Below, piece after piece: positions 11,643 through 23,540 of a DNA stretch of 41,080 nucleotides (positions within the stretch are counted from its first letter, which is position 1; every line of letters begins with the position of its first letter). The position numbers were made by a program, and so were the translations under genes. The notes beneath the pieces are model-generated. The model searched no databases, was not told the DNA's origin, and saw only the letters and a list, made by a program, of their open reading frames with translations. The stretch spans positions 9,621,580-9,662,659 of the forward strand of contig NC_068997.1 of the NCBI RefSeq assembly GCF_001194135.2. The letters are read 5' to 3'. The DNA comes from Octopus bimaculoides (Eukaryota).

Positions 11643-12051
11643 GTTTTATCTTTTATATGTTTTGGTCATTGAACTATGGCCATGGTAGAGCACTGTTTTA
11701 AAGAGTTTTGGTCAAATAAATCACCCTCAATGCTCATTTTCAAAGCCTGGTACTTATTCTATTAATGTCTTTTGGCTGAACTGCTAAGTTATGGGAATGT
11801 AAATAAAGCAACACTAGGTGTCAAGTAGTGGTGGTGGTGAAGCAAACACAATCACAAACACACACACACACACACACATACGCCATACACACACAATGGC
11901 CTTCCACACAGTTTCCATCTACCAAATTCACTCACGAGGCATTGACTGAGTCAGGGCTATAGAAGAAAACACTTACCCAAAGTGCCATGCAATGGGATTG
12001 AACCAGAAACCACATGGTTACAAATTGAGCTTCTTAACCATTTAGCCATGA
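11643..12051 (-). mobile_element. Older full-length family B SINE with internal (CA)n
   Basis: Reverse complement of the family B tail (ggtcattgaactatggccatgg), centre (gtttccatctaccaaattcactcac) and head (gggattgaaccagaaaccacatgg). Confidence 0.8.
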
Positions 12052-12240
12052 TAGTAATGTCTTAATTTGTCATCATTTGAACTCACTTAAATTTGTAACC
12101 AATGGTCCAGAGTCTTTACCTTACAGCCATTGCACTGTTCGTTAGCAGTATTACAGAATACAAAAGAAATTAAGACCATCAGAATGGCAGAAATGGTAAA
12201 GTATTATTGCACTAAATTCCTTTAAATATTTATTTATGTG

Positions 12241-12421
12241 CAAAGGCAGCAAGCTAGCAGAATCATTACCATGCCAGATAAAATGTTCAGCAGCATTTCT
12301 TCTGACTTTGCATTTTGAGTTCAAATGCTGCTGCTGGAGTCAATAAAATAAGTACCAGTTGAGCACTGGGGTTGATGCAATCCCATGAAATTGCTGGGCT
12401 TGTGCTAAACTTGGAAACCAA
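12241..12421 (+). mobile_element. Family C SINE with 10-bp TSD and internal deletion
   Basis: aaggcagcaagctagcagaatc...gagttcaaat...gaaattgctgggcttgtgc. TATTTATGTG occurs at 12231-12240 and 12422-12431. Confidence 0.8.
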
Positions 12422-13767
12422 TATTTATGTGTTTTGTACATTCTGAGTTCATATCCTGCCAAAGATAACTTTACTTGCCATTCATGTCATCTCATTAACA
12501 TAATGGAGTCCGGTGAATTGGCTACACCCTTCTTCAAAGTGTGTGACTTCATATCAAAGTGGCAGAAGTTTTATTCTATGATAAACTGATGAACACCATT
12601 TGGCAAGAGGTAAGCTCCTAGAAAATCACATTCAATACTGGGTTGTGGTTTCAAAACCTAGTTGAAGCCATTCACTTGAGTTCCTTATACCTTTGACATG
12701 AAATATGAATACCTCACTTTTAATTTTCCACATCCACAGAGGTTGGTCAAAGAGAAACCATTATTTTATGACAAATTAAAACAATTTGGGAATTGCAAAA
12801 ATATTGCTTTCTATTATTCAAGAAGTAATTTCATTTTTCTCCTTAGACAAAGGTATAAAAAAAATATCCAACTAAAGAGAGTTTTAGCCCAAATTTGATT
12901 AGTGTAATTGGAAACTAGTGACAAGCTTTATGAAGCATAACCATCTTGATTAGAAAGAAAAAGAATAAGAAACATTTAATAAAATGAATAGCATTTGGTA
13001 TAAACAAAACCAGTATTTTACAGAGTAAAAGTTAGCGAGATATTTGGAACTTTTCTAAAGTGAAGATTTTCCCATCAAGCCACACCTTCACTCTAGTTCA
13101 TTGCTTAATACATTTACCTCTACCTCCCTGATATCTAACCATCTGTTTCTATCCCCTCCTGATCCACTGTCTGTATCCTCTCTTGCTTCTTGAGAATTTT
13201 GCTATGGCAGCCCATCAATACACCTTACCATTTTTTACCTAAATACTCCCATCCACCCTCATATAAATGCAGAACAGCCGTGAATCTTCTCCATAGCAAG
13301 ATACCTTTACTTGTCCCTGGCATAAAATCTCCTCTCCAGTCACTCAGATACACCCCAGCCCCCAACTTAGTTAAGGGGGTTTTTCATTCTCCCTTTTCTT
13401 GTTTCCTGTCTAGCAACCCCACAAGTACTTCCATATATCTACCATAAAGTGTGTGATAAATATCCCACTTGACAAGAATTCTAAAATCATAGGTTACTTT
13501 CATAGAAAATTCATTCAGTGTGTATTTCTGAGAGCTGAGAAAATTGATAGTGTTGATTTAGCTTGCAATCTACCTGGCCAATTACCCTTTTGCATGCAGT
13601 CTAACCATAAGCCAGATCAGGTCATTTCACAACATGGACGACGGATGGTAGACAACATGCTAAAGTAGCACCAATTTAAGGTTTTATAGAATTGTCCCAG
13701 CCAGAAATATAAACGGTTAGACTAGATAAGAACTAATGGTAGAAATAGCAAATCTCACTTAACTATT

Positions 13768-13992
13768 TTAATCCTTTAGCATTTAAACTGGCCTTATCCA
13801 ACCCCAAATATACTACTTGTTTTATGTTTGAACTAGCCAGATCCAGCCTCTCATACCTACCCTACAATGTTGTACTAAAGATAAACAATCATATCATTGA
13901 AATCTTGAAGCTATGAGATAATGCATGGCTAATTCAAAACAATATGAATAAATATTACATATGACAGAGCAATCTGAATGCTAAAGGATTAA
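13768..13992. mobile_element. piggyBac-like MITE (TTAA ends, perfect 12-bp TIR)
   Basis: TTAA-TCCTTTAGCATT ... AATGCTAAAGGA-TTAA. Confidence 0.85.
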
Positions 13993-14599
13993 AATAACAA
14001 AAGGAAACTGAAATACAGCAATAGAAATTCAATAGTCTAGTGTTAAGCTAAAATTTACTGCACTTCTGCCTAAGATTGCTTGAAACAGCATCTAAGAACA
14101 CCAAAGACATTCTTATTGGGAGACAGTAAATCTTAGAGAGCTTGGCATCAGTGTTTTAACAGCCACCTTTTCATGCTTGCATGGGTCAAACAGAATTTGT
14201 TGAAGCACACTTTCTACAGTCAGATGCTCTTCCTGTCACCAACCCTTACCTATTTCCAAACAACATAATATTTTCCTACTTGTATGATGGTGATGCTCAT
14301 TTACAGCTATTGTACAATGACAAGACAAGAAGATACAAACACATATCTCTCAACCACCATCCCTCTCTCCATATATATATATGTATGTCATGTAATACAA
14401 ACAGAATCAAAATATGAGCCACTAGTAGTTTCATGCTGTGGAAGCACTACAATTCAGCAGATTTATATAACAAGCCATGTGTCTCCCAGAAGATTATATA
14501 AAATCAGGTTCACACACCTGGTCTTATTTGAAAAACAGGACACTGGTCTCTTTTTTTGTATATATAAAGCCAAAGTCACAGCTATGCTCCAAATACACA

Positions 14600-14778
14600 A
14601 ATACATGCACATGATGGGTATTTTTTTCCTTCAATTTCTGTCCACTAAATCTACTCACAAGACTCTGGTCAGCCTGAGACTTTAGTGGAAGACTCTTGCT
14701 CAAGGTGTCATGCATTAGGACCAAGCCTAAAATCACATTGTTGGGAAGTGAATTTCTCAACCACACAAACATGCCTCC
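14600..14778 (-). mobile_element. Decayed 5' half of family B SINE
   Basis: caatttctgtccactaaatctactcacaag...tagtggaagactcttgctcaaggtgtcatgc...ctcaaccacacaaacatgcc. Confidence 0.65.
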
Positions 14779-15324
14779 ACCTATTATCACCATATCTGCA
14801 CCTATTAACTCAGTTGAAACTAATATTCTCTGCTTCACCAATTAACTGAAAGTTAAAAACTTAATATTTTACACAGGTGTATGAAATTGAGTAGACAGAA
14901 CCCCACCACCACCACCACCACCACCGAAACACCCATTAAATTCACATAAAAATATAAAAGCAAATAAATAAATTACAAAACATTTTTAAAATGCAAAAAA
15001 AAAATATAAAACATACAAAGAAACAAACAAATGAAATATTTTCTAAAGAAACTTCAGGTCTTATGTTGTAAGGTACACGTAGTTGACAACAATGTGTTTG
15101 ACTCTATAGGAGGTACGAAAAAATATTAATAATTTGGGGGAATAAATCTGCTTTAAGAAACAAACTGTAACAAATACTTTATTGCATTTAGCCTCCTTCA
15201 TTATATCATGCTGACAAGACAAGCTGAATAAAGCATTTCAACTGATAACAAATTCAATGGAAAACCATTAACCAAAACATTACTAATTCAAAGTCATTGG
15301 ACTGTATATAATAATATATATAAA

Positions 15325-15560
15325 ATCATCATGCCCTCTTTTCCATGCTGTCATGGGTTGGATGGTTCAACATGAACTAACAATCCAGAGAGCTGTGCCA
15401 AGCTTCAATGAGTGCTTTGTCATGGTTTCTACACCTGGATGCCCTTCCTTACACCAACCACTTTTCAGAGTGTACTGGATGCTTTTTCATGGTCCCCAAG
15501 TACCCACAACACCCTACAACTGAGTAGGGTATAGTACTGAGGGACATGAAAGTATGATAA
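15325..15560 (-). mobile_element. Older family A copy
   Basis: atcatc...ttttccatgctgtcatgggttggatgg...tttctacacctggatgcccttcc...cagagtgtactggatgctttt. Confidence 0.7.
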
Positions 15561-15596
15561 TGGAAAGCAAGAGCAGGCATTTTACGGAAGTGCCAT

Positions 15597-15870
15597 ACTC
15601 TTTTTACTCTTTTATTTGCTTCAGTCATTTGACTGTGGCCATGCTGGAGCACCGCCTTTAGATGAGCAAATCGACCCCCAGGACTTATTCTTTGTAAGCC
15701 TAGTACTTATTCTAATGGTCTCTTTTGCCGAACCGCTAAGTTACGGGGACGTAAACACACCAGCATCGGTTGTCAAGCAATGTTGGGGGGACAAACACAG
15801 ACACACAAACACACACACACATATATATATATACACATATATATATATATACATATATATATGCATATAT
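15597..15870 (-). mobile_element. Young family B SINE 3' half
   Basis: Near-identical to the reverse complement of 3770-3985 and to 40858-41080. Confidence 0.85.
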
Positions 15871-16409
15871 ACAATTGATTTCTTGTACTTTGTATCACTT
15901 CTATTAACTTTTGGTATGAAAAGAATTTTTACTGTTTTACCCCCACCCCACCTCACCATCGCACACATTAAGAAAAAAGGCAAACTACCTAAATGGAATT
16001 ATTGCATAGGGCCATCGGCTCATGGGTTGTAAGTTTATTTCCACTACAAATGTTTTTTTTATTTTTTTATGTCAGGTCACTCTACTGACAACGTGTAAAT
16101 CAATACATCCTGTTACATTGTTGGGTTTTTGGTGATTAAACTGGCATAGCCAGCAGATTGGCCAAGTGAGGTCAAATACAGACCAGTCAAAAGGACAGAT
16201 GAACCCAGCACAAGGGGGTAACAATTGTCTAACAATAGTTAATAGAGATGTAGACATATTTGGGAAGATAATGAAAAACATTGTAAGACCACACTGAAAT
16301 CCTTAAGTTTTACATCAGTGTATCTCAAAAAGACATTGATAAAAAGCCTAGGGATCATTAATTTAGGACCATCCTCAATTAAAAATGAGCCAAGACAAGA
16401 CAACGCTAT

Positions 16410-16715
16410 ATGTACATTGCAAAATGCCTGATCAATGATGACAATGTATGTCTGAAGTTCCAAGTGGTGTATAAAATCGCACGCAACAAATGTAAAGAAT
16501 TCTACATTGGAAAAATATCCATCAGACAAGTACACATATGGGTTACAAGAACACCTTTATTCTTATGCTTCTTCCATCAAAAAATACCTATGAGAATGCC
16601 ACACGCAACACATCCAGGTTTCTATTGAAGCTACAGAATGAAACATTGGGAACATACAAATAAAAGAAGCCATCCTAATTAGCAAAACCCCCAAATATTA
16701 ACAACTGAACAGATG
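16410..16715 (+). pseudogene. Decayed GIY-YIG endonuclease domain of a Penelope-like element
   Basis: VVYKIARNKCKEFYIGK (16464-16514) carries the split GIY-YIG motif with a decayed CxxC. Frameshifted LQEH-like and IKEAILI (16660-16680) segments follow, typical of the PLE endonuclease C-terminus. Confidence 0.8.
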
Positions 16716-17939
16716 TGTGTGCAGTTGATTGGTTACTATAGCAACATTATCTTGTGCATGCAAAGCAACCCTTCATATAAATAGACTACAGAATGGAGAA
16801 GTCAGCTCAGAAAACCATTTCTCTGAAGATTTCCTGAAGGAGTCTTAACCCTGATTTATTGACATACAAGGTAAAACTACAAACCATCAACTTATATTTC
16901 GTCTTATAACTGGCATTGTTTTGGCTTTCTTCAAAAAAAAAATATATAAAACACGTGTGTATGTGTGTGTGTAAATATATATGTATAAATTATGGCAATC
17001 AATCTTAGTGATATGTTGATGTCTATACCCTTTGGGACTAACCATACGAGTGTTTTGAATAATCCCTACAACAGGGGCACAATCCTCTATTTTCTCTTGC
17101 CTTTTCTTGATCCACTCCCACTAACTCTCACATCAATCAGTATAAGTTGACAGGAAAGAAAAATAACAAAAAAACAAAGAAAAAACAGGATGATTAAATA
17201 AAAAAAGTGGTGGTGATGGTGGTGGTAAAGTAGGGTGGTATTCGAAAAGGGTTTCACTGCAATTTCTTGCAGGTCAAGTAAACACATAGAGAATTCATCA
17301 TTAGCTGATGTTGCTTGTAGTAATGGTGGTGGTGGTGGTGGTGGTGGTGGTGGTAGTGGTACTAGTTTTGGTCACTATTTGACGAGGATATTTCTGAGCT
17401 CTAAAGACCAAATATTAATGTTTCTAATTAAATGGTTCTTCTTTTGTTGTTGTTATTTTTTGTTCAGACAGTTTTTTTTTTATAATAGACGTAGAGATCA
17501 CAATATGACTAAATGAATATAAAATAAAATATAATTAAATAAATGAAATCAATGATGAGTTATGAGGGGGAAAAAAAATCAATCTTTTAAATGAGATTGA
17601 ATAACAGTACTGCTAAATGGAGAAATAAAGGGAACAATTTAGGAACAATAATGCTTGTAGAGTGAGGTTCACTAGATTAAGATTAACCTTAGGCAACAAA
17701 AATTAGCTGTTTAGTTGTTTATATATGTAATCATAGTGAGGGATTCTTTTGATTAAGTACAAAACCAGTTTTCAGGGAGGAGGTAAATGCTCTGTTTCTC
17801 CCTTTATACTCATGCTTCTTTCACCCTCTTCCCTAATTCATCTTTCATCATTGGCCCCTCTTCTGTTCACTCTCTTTGCTATATTGCACAGAACAAATGA
17901 AGAGACCACAGAAAATTAGTGAGGTATCTTTAGTCTTTC

Positions 17940-18160
17940 AGGGTACATGGCAACCTCACTAGTGCTGGTGTCATGACAAAATGCACTTGATACCTGTGGT
18001 TAAGTGGTTGGAGGATGAGGACAGATAACACAGGGTCAAGAGGACCCATTAGTCTCACTGAGTACATGACTACCACTTTGATGCTGGCGCCACAATCAAA
18101 TGCATCCAGTACACACTGTATGATTCTTGATGTTAGAAAGAGCATCCAGCTGTAGACCCC
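17940..18160 (+). mobile_element. Two tandem decayed family A fragments
   Basis: gtacatggcaacctcactagtgctggtgtc... recurs as gtacatgactaccactttgatgctggcgcc...aaatgcatccagtacacactg...agagcatccagctgtaga. Confidence 0.55.
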
Positions 18161-18924
18161 CATAACAAAAGTAGAATATACAAGCGAGACTTGATCGTCT
18201 GACTCATCTTTGAGGATATTAATTCCAAATTAGAACAGGGACCATAATGACATATCCACCTCATACCAACATAGAATGCAGATGTAAAATCGTGATGGTG
18301 GTGGTGGTGGTGGCAATGTTAATAATGATGATATCACAGTTCTCTGAATTCTTATTGTTTAAACCCAGATCAATACTGATCAAGCAAAAAAAAAAAACCT
18401 ATGATCAAAGACATTCCAGCCTCGACCATCCCATTCTCCATTGGTATGTAGGAAGATATTATCTAATGAGGTCCTTATTTTTTGTGGTAGGGTTTAATTT
18501 CAGGGAAGTTTGGCTGCTAACTCTAGTAGGTAAAACAACCATATAGTGGCTCCATTTTCTCTTTTGGTTCAAGTTCATTGAATTGTTTGGAATCCCTGGG
18601 AATGTTATTTATGATAGACTGGCATCTTATCCAGGACATTTACCTCTCATTCACCTAATCAGACTAAGAAATTGGACTCTAGTGAGTACCAACATTTTTA
18701 TGACTATCTCTCCCTCTCTTTCTATCTACTTTCACATGATAGCACTCCTTTCATTTTCCCATCAACCTTTGAGAAACAACAGGTAAATTAGTCCAGGTAG
18801 GATCTGAACTTAGTGCAGAGAAATAAGGTCACATTGATAAGAACATATTGAGTATGCATATAGAGAGGAAGGGCTCTGATTCAAAGAGACAAGCATTTAA
18901 AATTAATCCCAATAGCTATGAGAT

Positions 18925-19140
18925 CATGGTTTCAATTTGTAAACCAGCTATGCAGTGTGTTCTTGAGCAAAACACTTCACTTCAAGTTGCTCCAGTTTAC
19001 TCAGCTGTAAATAAGTAATCCTGCAATGGACTAGCTTTCTAACCAGGAGGAATGTTGACCAGCTTCCCTATCCAGTGGGGTGGTGTAATTTGAAAGCTAA
19101 AACAAAGTGCATTGTGATCAGTGATGTGTAACAAGATCCA
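18925..19140 (+). mobile_element. Decayed family D SINE
   Basis: gtgtgttcttgagcaaaacacttcacttcaagttgctccagtttactcagctgta matches the reverse complement of 34250-34300. Confidence 0.65.
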
Positions 19141-19198
19141 ATTATCTGTTCAATACCATGATATGTATTGTATATGTAATAATCAAATTATATATTCT

Positions 19199-19390
19199 TT
19201 TCTATTCTAGGCACAAGGTCCCAAATTTTGGGGGAGGGGGCCAGTTGGTTAGATCGACCCCAGTATACTTAATTTATCAACTTTGAAAGGATGAAAAGCA
19301 AATTCGACCTTGGAATTTGAACGACAAAATACCGCTAAGCATTTCGCCTGGCATGCTAACGTTTCTGCCAGCTCACCACCTTAATTAAAA
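19199..19390 (-). mobile_element. Family C SINE with 10-bp TSD
   Basis: Reverse strand reads aaggtggtgagctggcagaaacgttagc...tcaaattcc...ccttgtgcctagaatag. TATATATTCT occurs at 19189-19198 and 19391-19400. Confidence 0.85.
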
Positions 19391-19629
19391 TATATATTCT
19401 GCACTTTATTGTACTTTGCTATGCACATGATCCCTCACCCCACCAGTCCATGGAAAAATTGTCTTGCATGAAACTGGTCTGTGATGCAAAAAAGGTTGTG
19501 AATCACTGATCCAATTAATTTGTAGTTTCTCTCCCTTTAAAGCTGAGCTTATAGGAATCTGAACATGGAATTTAAAGGCATTTTGGTCTTTCGTCCATGA
19601 GCTAACAATTTTCTCAAACTGAGAAGTGG

Positions 19630-19925
19630 AAATCTCCATCATTTAACATTTGCTTTCCATGCTGGCATGGGTAGGTTGATTTGACAAGGGACCAGCAAGC
19701 TGCAGGGCCAGTGTCATCTTTGGCATGGTTTCTATTGCTGGAGGATGACTTTCCCAACACCAACTGCTTTACAAAGTGTTCAGGGTGCTCATCATTATCA
19801 TCATCATCATCGTCGTCGTTTAACGTCCGCTTTCCATGCTAGCATGGGTTGGACGATTTGACTGAGGACTGGTGAACCAGATTGTTGCAACAGTGCCACT
19901 GACAGCAGTGAGGTTGCAAGACAAG
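19630..19925 (-). mobile_element. Old family A copy (19630-19790 and 19882-19925) interrupted by a young family A 3' fragment (19791-19881)
   Basis: The young fragment is nearly identical to 4381-4450. The flanks are diverged, collinear parts of the same family. Confidence 0.7.
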
Positions 19926-19974
19926 AAAAGAACAGCTGTTGCAGCCTATTGATTAAAATAATGATTTCTTACAT

Positions 19975-20178
19975 AAGCACAAGGCCACAAAAATTATTTA
20001 ATCAGGATGGAGAAGCAGGTGGTGCAGTTAAACGATATCAAATTTCGTACTTTTATTCCATGACCTCAGAAGGATAAAATCAGAATCAACCTCGATGGTA
20101 TTTGAACTTAGACCATGAGTCATAGTTAAAAACTGCAAAACATGTTATCTGATGAACTAAAAATTTCTGCCAATCCAA
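19975..20178 (-). mobile_element. Highly decayed family C SINE
   Basis: gcacaaggcc...gaaggataaaatcagaatcaacctcgatggtatttgaacttaga...tttctgcca. Confidence 0.5.
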
Positions 20179-20649
20179 CACCACCACCACCACCACCACC
20201 ACCATAATTAAAATGATAAATGTAGAAAGAGATGTAACGAAGAGTTACATAATTCAGAGTTTGGATAAAAACTAGAACAGATCTCTAGTGACTGAGGAAG
20301 AATGCGCTGAATATTATCTGTTTAATATACAATGTTAATTTATATAGAAAACAGATTTTTCACAGCAGCTGTATATCAAAAGGTTGGTCAATATGTATAT
20401 ATAGATGCATAAACGTTTGCTGAAAATTAATAATATATGCTAAGTATAAAAACGACAAAACGAGTGTGGATGGGTTGTTGTTTGGTCCAGTGTTTCTCAT
20501 AAAAAGCACTGTGAGGAGTGGAAAAGATGCAGAGAAATTCCTCAATAAATAAAAGATTTTAATTTGTCTAACACCATAAGCAAAGAAAACAGAATTGAAC
20601 AAATGCAAACTATTTTCTTTTCCCGTTCATAAGAGGGAAAGAAGCACAA

Positions 20650-20961
20650 ACATTACATACATACATATATATATACACACACACATATATATATATATAT
20701 ACACATATATATATACATATATTTATATACATATATATATATACACATATATATATACATACTAAATGAAGATGATGATGATATATATATACATATACAT
20801 ATATATATATACATATATATATGCATATATACATACATATACATATATATATGCATATATACATATATATACATATACATATATATACCTATATATATAT
20901 ACATATATAAATATACATATATATAGACATATATAAATATACATATATATAGACATATATA
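20650..20961. repeat. Compound (TA)/(CA)/(TACA) microsatellite running into a gap
   Basis: Directly visible. Confidence 0.95.
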
Positions 20962-21694
20962 NNNNNNNNNNNNNNNNNNNNNNNNNNNNNNNNNNNNNNN
21001 NNNNNNNNNNNNNNNNNNNNNNNNNNNNNNNNNNNNNNNNNNNNNNNNNNNNNNNNNNNNNNNNNNNNNNNNNNNNNNNNNNNNNNNNNNNNNNNNNNNN
21101 NNNNNNNNNNNNNNNNNNNNNNNNNNNNNNNNNNNNNNNNNNNNNNNNNNNNNNNNNNNNNNNNNNNNNNNNNNNNNNNNNNNNNNNNNNNNNNNNNNNN
21201 NNNNNNNNNNNNNNNNNNNNNNNNNNNNNNNNNNNNNNNNNNNNNNNNNNNNNNNNNNNNNNNNNNNNNNNNNNNNNNNNNNNNNNNNNNNNNNNNNNNN
21301 NNNNNNNNNNNNNNNNNNNNNNNNNNNNNNNNNNNNNNNNNNNNNNNNNNNNNNNNNNNNNNNNNNNNNNNNNNNNNNNNNNNNNNNNNNNNNNNNNNNN
21401 NNNNNNNNNNNNNNNNNNNNNNNNNNNNNNNNNNNNNNNNNNNNNNNNNNNNNNNNNNNNNNNNNNNNNNNNNNNNNNNNNNNNNNNNNNNNNNNNNNNN
21501 NNNNNNNNNNNNNNNNNNNNNNNNNNNNNNNNNNNNNNNNNNNNNNNNNNNNNNNNNNNNNNNNNNNNNNNNNNNNNNNNNNNNNNNNATATATATATAT
21601 ATATATATATATATATTACATACATATATAGTAAATCCTTTAAAAAAAAATGAAGAACAAACAAAAAAAAAAAAAAACCAACATCGAGAGGACG

Positions 21695-21850
21695 TCGTAT
21701 ATGTAAAGTATTAGCAGACGCTCAGGGAAGGTAAGAAAGCTGGTTTTACATTTCGAGCAAAGCTCTTCTTCAGAAATAGGTGACAGAAGAAAGTTCAATA
21801 GAAAAAGAAGACAGAAGGGGAAAAAATCGCCAACAATTCACACACACATA
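21695..21850 (-). mobile_element. Probable solitary Penelope-type pseudo-LTR carrying the hammerhead motif
   Basis: Pyrimidine-rich leader, hammerhead core and an A/T-rich end on the minus strand, with no linked ORF. The assignment rests mainly on the ribozyme motif. Confidence 0.45.
21744..21776 (-). ncRNA. Minimal type I hammerhead ribozyme motif (Penelope-type), probably degenerate
   Basis: Minus strand reads UUU-CUGAAGA-A-GAGC-uuu-GCUC-GAAA-UGUA-AAA. It has the complete CUGANGA/GAAA core, a 4-bp helix II, a 3-bp helix I and a GUA cleavage triplet at 21749-21747. Confidence 0.7.
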
Positions 21851-23297
21851 TATATACATACATTACTTTATTAAATAGCACTAAAAATAATACAAAAACT
21901 GTTTTTGTGATATCTTTATTGCTTTTTAATAAAGCATTTTACTCTACCTCTGGTATTGGAGTACTATTTTTTCCATTTATTTGCTTACTCTGGTATATAT
22001 ACATATATATATGTGTGTGTGTGTGTGTATACAGTTCAAACCTGACGGATCACATCTATAATGAAACGCACGCCTGCTGTGACAATTCTGCCTTATTTTT
22101 TGAGACATATTGTATCTTTATACTGAGACCTGGTTGCTATGTCTAGCAACTTCTTTCGTTCATCTATATCTATGTGAGGTGTACGTGAAAGAAATAAGGG
22201 GAGAAAAAAAGAAAATAGCAACGAAATCAAATCTGAGAAAGTTACGCTTCCTAAACGGACGAGAAGACACATGATCAATACGAATGGAGATATGCTGTGA
22301 TGCAGGTCTATCCAACCATTGCTAGTTTGATAAACAAAGATTATATATAATAAGGAAAAACTTTGAATCACCTCGTTCTAACTCTGTCACGGGAATATAA
22401 CTGAATCTGAAGAAAGATATTACATTTATTTTTCGGTGAAAAAAAGAAATACACAATCAAAAGAAACATCTGCATGAATAAAGAGATGAATCTTCAGGTT
22501 TAAATTCATCAAACCGAATAATTAAGCCTAAAGAATTATTTTGGTAACCTATCGGAAACTTTCTAGATATTAACTTCTTCAGTTTAAACAAAAATACAAA
22601 ACAAAAAATAGATATCTAAATCGGGTGTGAACACCCTTTCTCTAGAAGCGGGCCGCAATGAGACATGGTTCATCATCAAACAGGCCGCCCCACTCTTAGA
22701 ATAATTCAAGGTAATCTCTCATCAGGCGTATCATTCAGAAAGTCCCGCGGGCCGCTAGTTGCCCATAACTGACCTAAATGCTTAAGGTTTGTTTGTTTGT
22801 TCCAAGTCTGAAAATGTACGTAAATAAAGAATTACACGAAAATGTAGGCTAAAATTACAGACCCCCAAATAAAATAGTTTTGGAGGCAGATGTGGAAACT
22901 AAACATGTTTTTCTAATAATATATACATCATAAAATTTTAAAGAAGGGATGGATACCATATAGGAAAGGAAAAAAAATGTTTGTGGAAACTTTTTAAAAT
23001 AGAAATTCGTTTAAAACAATAAGATCATCCTATTTACAAAACAATTTATAAATATTAAGAGCCTTAACTAAAAACAAAAAACGAAATAATTAACACATTG
23101 AATATTTTCAACAAGCTGTGTTAGGTGTGACTAAGTTTTAAGCATGTAAGATGTTTTAAATGGAAGTCTATATGTAGTAAATGCATTTTATTAACAGAGA
23201 TAATAGCAACGAGATGTATCCAATTAATGCCTTCAGCGTGAAATGCTAAGGGGGAAGGATGAAATATGGTAAGCAAAAGATGTGCCATGTAAAATAA

Positions 23298-23450
23298 TTC
23301 TTTCTTGTTTTGGCACAAGGCCAGCAATTTAAAGGGGAGGGGTAAGGCCGATTACATCGACCCCCCGGTACACAATTGGTACTTTAATTTTCATCGACCT
23401 CCGAAAGGATAAAAGGCGAAGTCAACCTCGGCGGCAGTTGAACACAGAAA
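23298..23450 (-). mobile_element. Family C SINE, 5'-truncated
   Basis: ttttggcacaaggccagcaattt...gattacatcgacccc...gaaaggataaaaggcgaagtcaacctcggcgg. Confidence 0.8.
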
Positions 23451-23493
23451 GTAAAATAATACAAGACAAATCGAGCTAAAAAAAACAACAAAA

Positions 23494-23525
23494 AAATAAA
23501 TAAATAAATAAATAAATAAATAAAA
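23494..23525. repeat. (TAAA)n microsatellite
   Basis: Directly visible. Confidence 0.9.
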
Positions 23526-23540
23526 GTGGAGAAGGGACAA

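Noticed and set aside
13060-13440. Purine-rich minus-strand stretch with a GGDRNRWLD motif resembling an RTE LINE C-terminus
   Set aside because: Too decayed to support from one short motif; needs a tblastx search.
16820-16875. CTGAAGA downstream of the GIY-YIG relic, where a pseudo-LTR hammerhead would be expected
   Set aside because: No GAAA core at a suitable distance and no convincing helices.
22545-22590. Minus-strand CTGAAGA...GAAAGTTTC
   Set aside because: Helices I and II do not pair; compatible with chance in AT-rich DNA.
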